Assembly: GCA_963716725.1 (NCBI GenBank)
Contig: CAVQUB010000025.1
Span: forward strand, 1-12,757
DNA: 12,757 nt
Source: an uncultured delta proteobacterium
Lineage (GTDB): Bacteria > Myxococcota_A > Polyangia > Polyangiales > Polyangiaceae
Direction of reading: 5' to 3'
Below are positions 6,111-12,757 of the stretch, one piece after another (position 1 is the first letter of the stretch; every line of letters begins with the position of its first letter). The position numbers and the translations under genes are program-made. A model generated the notes under the pieces. That model did no database searches. It saw only the letters and a list, made by a program, of their open reading frames with translations, and was not told where the DNA came from.

Positions 6111-8237
6111 TCAGAGCCCTGAAGCCGGCAAACGGGTCGCTGAAGCTGCGGGCCGAGCGGACTTTCGCTCCGAGGTCGGGCTGCTCAATGCGCGCGCGGG
6201 CGAAGCCGTGGCCTTCACCGCAGCCGGCGGCGCCGCCGAGTCGTCTGGAGCCGGAGCGGCCGCACTCACCGCCGGCGCTGCGCTCGACGCGGCCGGTTCG
6301 GGCACCGCCGCACGGGTGACCTCCGCAACGGAAACCACCGGCGCCGCAGCAGCCCGCGTGCGCGACCGCAGCGCGAAGCCCCCCGCCAGGACCACGCTCG
6401 ACGCCAGCACGCTCACGCCGATCACCCAGCCCAACTTCGCCGAGGGTCGCGACTGCACCGCCGTGCGAGCCTGCGCTACTGCTGGGCGCGGAGTAGCCAC
6501 GCCAGAGGGCGTCGGTGTCGCCGCTGGCCGCACGACTTCCGGCTCGGCGCGAACCGGCACCGGCACCGGCACCGGCACCGGCGCCCGATCGCTCGCCGCG
6601 GCAGCGTTCAGGACGAACTGGGCCAGTTCCGAGTGCGCGAGCTCCGAGTCCTCGGATCCGCCGAGCAAGAGCGCCAGAAGCGCGCCACGCGGTGCCGGAT
6701 GCAATGCCGCCGTTGTTTGCGCGAACGCGACCATGACGGACACCGCGAGGCTCTGCACGTCGTCGCCGAGGTCTCGCAGCCGGACGAGCGCATTTTCGGC
6801 GGAGTCGAGGCGACGCTCGGGGTCGAGCAGCATCGCGGCACCGAGCGCGAGCTCGGCGTGCGGCAGCGGCTCGATCCGATCCCCGGCTGGTTTCCATCCA
6901 CGTTTCTCGAGCGAGCGCACCAACTGCTGGAGCGCCTGTTCTTGTTCGACACCCTCCGACCGCCCAATCCAACAGATCACGTGGCGCACGGACTCTCGCC
7001 ACTTTGGGTTGGCCTCGGCAGAAGCGTGGGCGATGACCCGAAGCATTCCTCGCCGCCCTGGGTCCACGAGCTCGGCCGCCGCGACCGCCTTCAAGCCCAT
7101 CTCGAGCTCGCCGGGCTCCATCGATCCCGCCGCGAATCGTGCCGCGCCGCACACGAGCAGCGCGTCGATGCGAGCGCGGTCTTCGGCGCCCTGCATCGGT
7201 GGCCCGGACGCGGCCCAAAGTGGTTGCTCGCGGGTGGTCGCCTCCGTGGACCGCATCGGCACGACGGGTTCGGTCGGCAGCCCCGCGTTTTCGGGAGCTG
7301 GGCGGGCGGCGCGCGGTGCCTCGACCGGGTGCTCTCGCGAGTAACGCTCGAGCGCGGCGCGCAGCGCACTCGCCATCTCCTGCATGGATTGCTGGCGATG
7401 ATCGGGATCCTTCGCGAGAGCCTTGAGCACGAGGTGCTCGATCCAATCGGGCACGTCGGGCGCGTGCTCTCGAAGCGGGCGCGGGATGGTGTAGATCTGG
7501 CGAAGGCCGAGCTCCTGCGGCGGCGGCAAGTCGAGCGGCCCCGGACCTTCGCTCCAGCAGTGCCGCCCGGCGATCATCTCGTAGAGCATGTGGCCGACGG
7601 CATAGACGTCGGCGCGCGCGTCGGCGAGACCAGCACGCAAGCGCTCGGGGGGCATGTACGCCTGCGTGCCGATGAGCCTGAAACGATCGGTCGTCTTGAG
7701 CATCGCCGAGCGGCGCTGCTTGCTCGTGATCTTGCTGGTGCCGAAGTCGAGGATCTTGATGCCGTCTCCCTCGGCAACCACGAAGATGTTCTCGGGTTTC
7801 AAATCCCGATGAATCACACCCGCGGCGTGGGAGACCGCGACTCCCTCGGAGATCTGCATTCCGAAGCGCAGGGAACGCGCGATGCTCAGCGGGCCGGCGC
7901 GAAGGATCTCCTCACGCAAGGTCCGCCCTGCGAGCAGCTCCATCGTGAACCAAACCGTGCGATCGGTGACCCCGCCGTCCGTGATCTGCACGATGTTGGG
8001 GTGTCGCATCTCGGCGAGCGTGCGGGCTTCTGCCCGCATTCGCTCCGGGTTGTCTCCGCGCTGGTTGTGCAGAGCCTTGAGCGCAACGTGCAGACCCGTG
8101 AAGGCGTGCTCGACCTCGTAGACCGCGCCGACTCCGCCCGCGCTGAGGCGCCGGATCACGCGGTACCGGCCCTCGACGACCTCCCCGGGCTTGAATGGGT
8201 CGTCACCCCGGTCGGAGAAGCCGCTCGCGTCCACCAT
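6111..8237 (-). CDS. Membrane-anchored eukaryotic-like (Hanks-type) Ser/Thr protein kinase
   Basis: Kinase motifs SAGGVGAVY, VALKAL, HPNIVQITDGG, HRDLKPENIF, DFGTSK, GTQAYMPPE, DVYAVG. These are followed by a ~200-aa helical region, a (PV)n linker, a TM helix LGWVIGVSVLASSVVLAGGFAL and an Ala/Pro tail ending LPASGL. Start is ATG 8237 or GTG 8240; the track uses TTG 8291. Confidence 0.93.
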   Translation of the reverse strand: MVDASGFSDRGDDPFKPGEVVEGRYRVIRRLSAGGVGAVYEVEHAFTGLHVALKALHNQRGDNPERMRAEARTLAEMRHPNIVQITDGGVTDRTVWFTMELLAGRTLREEILRAGPLSIARSLRFGMQISEGVAVSHAAGVIHRDLKPENIFVVAEGDGIKILDFGTSKITSKQRRSAMLKTTDRFRLIGTQAYMPPERLRAGLADARADVYAVGHMLYEMIAGRHCWSEGPGPLDLPPPQELGLRQIYTIPRPLREHAPDVPDWIEHLVLKALAKDPDHRQQSMQEMASALRAALERYSREHPVEAPRAARPAPENAGLPTEPVVPMRSTEATTREQPLWAASGPPMQGAEDRARIDALLVCGAARFAAGSMEPGELEMGLKAVAAAELVDPGRRGMLRVIAHASAEANPKWRESVRHVICWIGRSEGVEQEQALQQLVRSLEKRGWKPAGDRIEPLPHAELALGAAMLLDPERRLDSAENALVRLRDLGDDVQSLAVSVMVAFAQTTAALHPAPRGALLALLLGGSEDSELAHSELAQFVLNAAAASDRAPVPVPVPVPVRAEPEVVRPAATPTPSGVATPRPAVAQARTAVQSRPSAKLGWVIGVSVLASSVVLAGGFALRSRTRAAAAPVVSVAEVTRAAVPEPAASSAAPAVSAAAPAPDDSAAPPAAVKATASPARALSSPTSERKSARPAASATRLPASGL
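6553..6582. repeat. Hexanucleotide tandem repeat (ACCGGC)x5 encoding Pro-Val repeats in the kinase linker
   Basis: Five exact copies at 6553-6582; frame-preserving. Confidence 0.9.
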
Positions 8238-8291
8238 CACGCCCACGTCCCAGGTGCCGAGCGAGCATACTCCTGTCGTCCCGCGCGACAA

Positions 8292-9605
8292 TCATCGCGA
8301 GAATCTTCCTGCGATCGTCGCAGCGAGGGCTGCCGCCACCGCGCTCGCGCAGATGACTCCGAGAATCGCGACCATCGAAGGCGCCTGAACCACCCACAGG
8401 CCTGCGAACGAGGTCGCGACAGCTGCGGAGATTGCCACGACGTAGGTGACGGTCGGCAGGGCCGCCGGGCTCGGGGCCGCCGGCGAATCGAGCCGAGATT
8501 CCGCAACGGGTGCTAGACCAGGCGCCGTGCGCGTCGAAATCTCGGGCGCAACCGAGGGCTCGCGCGCCTCCAATACCTCCGTGGGGACCGCGCGACGGGC
8601 GCCCGGCCGGTCCTGGACCGTGTCCTCAAAAACCGGTGCTCCGGTTCGAATCGTCGCACTGGGCAATGACCTGGTCGGCGGCGGCGCTGGGCTCGGCTCG
8701 GTCTCGAGCCAGCCCACCGGAGCACTTCGCCTCGAGGCGATCGACGCCAGGGCCACTTCGAAGGCCTGCGCCGTCTGAAAGCGGTCGTCGGGTGACTTCT
8801 GAAGTGCCCGCAGGATCGCCGCATCGACTTCGTGAGGCACCGGCTGTTCCGAGAACTTGGACGGCGGTTCGGGGTCGTCCGTGAGATGAGCCAGGAACAG
8901 ATCCTTGCGTCCGTTCACGTCGTCGAACGGGCCGCGCCCGGCGATCAACATGTAGAGCATCAGCCCTGCGCCGTAGATGTCCGCGCGCTGATCGACGTCT
9001 TTGCCGCGCACCTGTTCGGGACTGACGTAGCGCGGCGTGCCGACGATCACGCCCTCCGCAGTGGGAAGTGAGGGCGGCGCAGGTCCCCTGCCCCCGTGGC
9101 CTCCGAGCACCTTGGCGACACCGAAGTCGAGCACCTTCACCACGCGCTCGCCGCTCGGGGTGCGGTGCAAGAAGACGTTGTCGAGCTTGATGTCGCGATG
9201 CACGAGCCCGAGACCGTGAGCGGCCGACAGCGCGTTCAAGACTTGGCGCATGATCCCGATCGACTTCTCGACGCTGAACGGGCCGGCTTTCCGGAGCTCC
9301 TGCCCCACAGTGCAGCCCTGGAGCAGCTCCATGACGAAGAACGGGCGGCCGTCGGTGGTGGTCCGGAAGTCGCTGACGCTGACGATGTTCGGGTGCTCGA
9401 GCCGCGCCAGGGCTTGGGCCTCCACGCGCATCCGGTCGACGGTTCCTGCGTCCTTCGATAACTCCGCCCGCAAGACCTTTGCGACCATCAGCTTGCCGAC
9501 GATCTCGTGCTCGACCTCGAAGACCTCGCCCATCCCACCGGCGCCGAGGCGCCGGGTCGCCCGGTACGGGGTGCCCACGAAAGGGTTCTCGTGAAGTGCG
9601 GTCAT
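8292..9605 (-). CDS. Eukaryotic-like Ser/Thr protein kinase with two C-terminal transmembrane helices
   Basis: Kinase motifs LGAGGMGEVF, VAKVL, HPNIVSVSDF, HRDIKLDNVF, DFGVAK, GTPRYVSPE, DIYGAG. C-terminal hydrophobic pair VTYVVAISAAVATSFAGLWVV and MVAILGVICASAVAAALAATIA. Confidence 0.95.
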   Translation of the reverse strand: MTALHENPFVGTPYRATRRLGAGGMGEVFEVEHEIVGKLMVAKVLRAELSKDAGTVDRMRVEAQALARLEHPNIVSVSDFRTTTDGRPFFVMELLQGCTVGQELRKAGPFSVEKSIGIMRQVLNALSAAHGLGLVHRDIKLDNVFLHRTPSGERVVKVLDFGVAKVLGGHGGRGPAPPSLPTAEGVIVGTPRYVSPEQVRGKDVDQRADIYGAGLMLYMLIAGRGPFDDVNGRKDLFLAHLTDDPEPPSKFSEQPVPHEVDAAILRALQKSPDDRFQTAQAFEVALASIASRRSAPVGWLETEPSPAPPPTRSLPSATIRTGAPVFEDTVQDRPGARRAVPTEVLEAREPSVAPEISTRTAPGLAPVAESRLDSPAAPSPAALPTVTYVVAISAAVATSFAGLWVVQAPSMVAILGVICASAVAAALAATIAGRFSR

Positions 9606-9786
9606 CAGCCGGGAGGCCGAGTCTACCTAAGAAATCGAGCAACCCGCGCCGCGCGCGAGCCGAGGGGGCGCCATCGAATCGAACGCTGCCCCGGCCTGCC
9701 GCCCAATCGAGGCCCGGCTCCCATTCCTTGGCTTGGAGCCTCGGTCGCGGTACTCCTCCGTTCGGGAGAACGCCGGGGAACGGGCG

Positions 9787-10743
9787 ATGAGCGAACGAGC
9801 CTCCAAGCCAGCCGAACCGGGAAAAGGCGGCCCGACGCACCTGGAGACCGTGGAGTTCGAGCCGGGGGCCTTCAACGACCTCGCGGCCGAAGACATCGAG
9901 CGGCTGAAGCGGGGCGAAGCGCTGCCGCCGCGGGCACCCGTGCCGGTGGCAGGCGGGGACGCGCGGGAGGTCCCCGTGGATGCCACCCCAATCGATTTGC
10001 CGAATCAGGCGGCGGCGTATGAAGGTCCTCGGGAGCTTCCGAGCCGGACCAACCACAACACTTTCGAAATGCAGACAGTCGCTGTGGACTCCGAGGTGGA
10101 TCCACGAAGGGCGCCGACCCAGCGCAAGCTCCGCAGCCCGGTCGAGAAGAAGGACACCATCCCGGACTTGGTGCGCCGCGAGCCGACGTTGCGCGGGCTC
10201 AACGTGGGTGCGCCCGGAGCGGAGCAGGCACCGCCCAGCGCAGGGCCAGCGCCGGTCGTGGTTCCGGGGGCCGACGCGCCGGGATGGCTCGAGCCGGCGT
10301 CGGAGATCCAGGCCGACTCTGCCGAGCCTGCCGAAAGACGCGGCGACGAGCCTGTCGAGCGGACCGCGGCCCAGCCGCGATCGCGCGCGAACCTCGGCAA
10401 AGTCGGGATCGTGCTCGGAGGATTCGCGATCGTCCTCGCCCTCGTAGTGTTCGCGGGATCTCGGAAACAAGCCGACGGCACAGCGCCGCAGCCGACCGCT
10501 GCCGAGGTGCCACGAAGTCCCCATCCCGGCGCGCAACCCGTTCGACCGGCGCCCGCTGTCGCGACCACGATCGAATCGTCGTCATCGTCTCCGGTTGCGC
10601 AGGAACCGCCGCCCACCTCACCGCCGTCGAGCGAGAAACGGAAACCGGCAGGCACCGGACCGTCACCTTCCACGCCATCGTCAGGACCGGCACCGAGCGC
10701 GAAGCCGCCAGCGCCGCCTGACCCCGATCGACCTTTCCTCTGA
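9787..10743 (+). CDS. Single-pass membrane protein with a disordered Thr/Pro-rich cytoplasmic part and a Pro/Ser-rich external tail
   Basis: ATG 9787 (track start TTG 9733). TM segment VGIVLGGFAIVLALVVFAG, preceded by basic residues; ends PDPDRPFL. A 9-nt gap to the next gene suggests an operon. Confidence 0.75.
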   Translation: MSERASKPAEPGKGGPTHLETVEFEPGAFNDLAAEDIERLKRGEALPPRAPVPVAGGDAREVPVDATPIDLPNQAAAYEGPRELPSRTNHNTFEMQTVAVDSEVDPRRAPTQRKLRSPVEKKDTIPDLVRREPTLRGLNVGAPGAEQAPPSAGPAPVVVPGADAPGWLEPASEIQADSAEPAERRGDEPVERTAAQPRSRANLGKVGIVLGGFAIVLALVVFAGSRKQADGTAPQPTAAEVPRSPHPGAQPVRPAPAVATTIESSSSSPVAQEPPPTSPPSSEKRKPAGTGPSPSTPSSGPAPSAKPPAPPDPDRPFL

Positions 10744-10752
10744 GCCACCGTC

Positions 10753-11784
10753 ATGTCGTTCCGCTCTCTCTTGTCTCTGCTCGCGATCTTGTTTGCCCTG
10801 TCGGGCGCGACGCCGGCGCGCGCAGAGGCCACACCAGAGGACTTGTTTCGACAAGGCCGCGAGGCGGTGCAGAAGAAGGACTGGCCGCGCGCACAGGAAT
10901 TTCTCGCGAAGTCCTGGGCACTGAAGAAAAGCTTCGACACAGCTGCTCTGCTCGGGCAGAGCGAGCTGAAGCTTGGAAAGTACCGTGATGCCGCCGAGCA
11001 CTTGGACTTCGCATTGCGGAACTTCCCGAACCTCGAGCCGACCGCGGACGCGCGGCAGCGGATTGAAGACGCCGCGAGGAGCGCTCGTGCGAAGGTGTTC
11101 GCATTAACTGTGACGGCGACTGTGGCGGGCAGCGAGATAGCTGTCGATGCCGCACCGGTGGGCCGTGCGCCCCTCGACGCCGAAGTCTTCCTCGACCCGG
11201 GCAATCACGTGGTGGAGGCGAGCCTCGACGGGTACGAAGCCGCGAAGAGCGAAGTCGAAGCCAAGGCGGGCGCTGCGGCAACACTCCGCCTGGAGCTCAC
11301 CAAGCGGGCTGCAGGCTCCGCCGCGGCGCCTGCACCCAGCGCTCGGTCAAGCAAGCCGGGCGGCGATCCTCCCTCGGATCACGACACGACCACCGACGGG
11401 AGCTCGAGCACGAAGACGGTCATGCTCTTGACCGGGGCTGGGCTAACGATCGTGTCGCTCGGCGTCGGCATCGGCTTCGGCCTGGATTCTCGCTCCGCAT
11501 CCGGTGATGCCGATGATCTGAGCGCCAAGCTCGGCAGCAACGGCTGCTCGAATGGAGCCAACGCCGGCGAGTGCTCACGCCTGACGGACACGCGCGACCG
11601 GGCCAACCGGAACGCGACCATCGCCAGCGTTGGCTTCGTCGGAGCTGGAGTGTTCGGGGCGGCGACGACAGCGATTTGGCTGGCCTGGCCCGACACCAAA
11701 AGCCGTTCTGGGCGTGAGCCCGGCATTCGAGTCGCGCCCATCCTGGTTGGCGCGAGCGGCATGGCTGTTCGAGGCCAATTCTGA
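10753..11784 (+). CDS. Exported TPR + PEGA domain protein with a C-terminal hydrophobic membrane region
   Basis: Signal peptide MSFRSLLSLLAILFALSGATPARA. TPR-like LFRQGREAVQKKDWPRAQEFLAKSW...LGQSELKLGKYRDAAEHL. PEGA-like GSEIAVDAAPVGRAPL..EVFLDPGNHVVEASLDGY. Two hydrophobic segments and an alternating terminal strand GMAVRGQF. Confidence 0.88.
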   Translation: MSFRSLLSLLAILFALSGATPARAEATPEDLFRQGREAVQKKDWPRAQEFLAKSWALKKSFDTAALLGQSELKLGKYRDAAEHLDFALRNFPNLEPTADARQRIEDAARSARAKVFALTVTATVAGSEIAVDAAPVGRAPLDAEVFLDPGNHVVEASLDGYEAAKSEVEAKAGAAATLRLELTKRAAGSAAAPAPSARSSKPGGDPPSDHDTTTDGSSSTKTVMLLTGAGLTIVSLGVGIGFGLDSRSASGDADDLSAKLGSNGCSNGANAGECSRLTDTRDRANRNATIASVGFVGAGVFGAATTAIWLAWPDTKSRSGREPGIRVAPILVGASGMAVRGQF

Positions 11785-11808
11785 TTCGAGGCAGGTAGGG
11801 AGAACACG

Positions 11809-12757
11809 ATGCGCTTCACTTCGACGGCAACCCTTTCGATTCTGCTGGGCGTCTGCTGCACCTTCGCGGCCGGCTGCGGGACCGACGACTCATGCGAGGG
11901 AACGAGCTCCTGCGGCACCAGCGGAACTGCCGGGAGCGGCGGGACTGCCGGAACCGGCGGAGTCGGCGGAGCGGGCGGGACGTCCGGGGCGGGCGGAACA
12001 GGTGGCGCGGGAGGCACCGGCGGAGTGTCGGGGACTGGCGGCACCGCGGGAACCGACGGCGGGCAGTGCGACACGAGCAAGCTGCCGAGCGAAGAGGCGT
12101 GCTTGGTGGACGACCAACACGCGGTGTTCGTGAACGGCACGGTCGCGACGACGGGCACGGGGACCAAGGCCAGCCCGTTCAAGACGATCACCGAGGCGCT
12201 CGGCGCGGCGGGCGGGAAGCTGATTCTGGTGTGCGACGCCACGTATGACGAGCTGGTCAAAGTCACGGCCGGAGTGAAGCTGTTCGGTGGCTTCTCGTGC
12301 ACGGACTGGAGCTACGAGACTGGCAAGCGCGCAGTGGTGAAACCGACGGCGGGGGGAACGGCGCTGGAGATCAAGGGCGTGACCGCGACGGTGCTGATCG
12401 AGGACATGGAGTTCACGTCCGCGGACGGTACGGCGGCGGGCGAGAGCAGCGTGGCGGCGACGATCGCGACGAGCGCGGACGTGAAGTTGCACCGAGTGAA
12501 GCTCGCGTCGGGCAAGGGTCAGGCGGGAGCGAGCGGAGTGCTCGCGCCATTCAGTTACCCGGCGCAGGGCGGCTTGAATGGAAACATCGCGTCCGGGTTC
12601 GCAGGGGGAGCAGTGAAACAATGCGTCTGTCCGGCGGGAGATCAGAGCATCGGAGGCGCAGCAGGGAGCGCGCCTACGCCACAGGACGGCAATCCGGGGC
12701 TCCCCGCCCTTGGCGGGGGCCAGGGGGGCGTGAAGCTCGTCGGATGCGGTTCCGGTG
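11809..12757 (+). CDS. Gly-rich (PGRS-like) surface lipoprotein with a DUF1565/beta-helix-start-like domain; 3' end beyond the window
   Basis: Not in the ORF track (no stop in the window). ATG 11809 follows AGGGAG. MRFTSTATLSILLGVCCTFAAGC lipobox, GG(T/A/S/V) repeat linker, AVFVNG...GTGTKASPFKTITEAL...ILVCDATYDE...VKLFGGFSC motif, then a further Gly-rich region. Confidence 0.88.
   Translation, partial: MRFTSTATLSILLGVCCTFAAGCGTDDSCEGTSSCGTSGTAGSGGTAGTGGVGGAGGTSGAGGTGGAGGTGGVSGTGGTAGTDGGQCDTSKLPSEEACLVDDQHAVFVNGTVATTGTGTKASPFKTITEALGAAGGKLILVCDATYDELVKVTAGVKLFGGFSCTDWSYETGKRAVVKPTAGGTALEIKGVTATVLIEDMEFTSADGTAAGESSVAATIATSADVKLHRVKLASGKGQAGASGVLAPFSYPAQGGLNGNIASGFAGGAVKQCVCPAGDQSIGGAAGSAPTPQDGNPGLPALGGGQGGVKLVGCGSG
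11917..12063 (+). repeat. Low-complexity Gly-Gly-X coding repeat
   Basis: Encodes TSGTAGSGGTAGTGGVGGAGGTSGAGGTGGAGGTGGVSGTGGTAGTDGG. Confidence 0.8.

Noticed and set aside
6553..6582. (ACCGGC)5 as a phase-variation tract or CRISPR-like repeat
   Set aside because: The unit length is a multiple of three and there are no spacers; it only changes the Pro-Val linker length.
5806..7344. Full-length 512-aa SBD fusion protein
   Set aside because: Everything after ~6110 is the reverse complement of the kinase gene and has shadow-ORF composition.
10473..10485. Exact 13-mer CGACGGCACAGCG shared with 2868-2880, as an att site
   Set aside because: It lies inside an intact coding region with no sign of a junction. 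Treated as chance, and it weakens confidence in the 1176/2863 repeat.
5878..10536. Long ORFs 5878-7446 (-), 6633-8516 (+) and 8626-10536 (-)
   Set aside because: Off-frame or antisense shadows of the kinases and the membrane protein.
10005..12621. Minus-strand ORFs 10005-11204, 11379-12302 and 11890-12621
   Set aside because: Antisense to the + strand operon genes, which have signal peptides and recognisable domains.

Overview
GC-rich bacterial DNA whose gene types (eukaryotic-like Ser/Thr kinases, a TPR-PEGA protein, a Gly-rich lipoprotein) suggest Myxococcota, probably Polyangiaceae-like (inference). The left half (1 to ~6110) is an accessory region. It holds: (i) an exported trypsin-like serine protease missing from the ORF track (1156 to <1, minus strand), with an N-terminal domain resembling the DUF3506/Cyclin_D1_bind (EXECUTER/FBXO31-type) domain; (ii) a compact ~1.7 kb tyrosine integrase + excisionase + divergent ribbon-helix-helix regulator module with a structured control region and candidate att repeats; (iii) small exported proteins, including a hidden, frameshifted 8-Cys peptide; (iv) a frameshifted FRG-domain gene; and (v) a truncated sulfur-binding-domain (phosphorothioate-DNA restriction type) gene fragment. 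The right half (6111-12757) is a host-type signalling locus. Two tandem membrane Ser/Thr kinases (minus) are divergent from a kinase-less Thr/Pro-rich membrane protein, a TPR-PEGA protein and a Gly-rich surface lipoprotein that runs off the window end. No tRNA, rRNA or CRISPR array was seen. All family calls come from motif recognition by eye; no database search was run.
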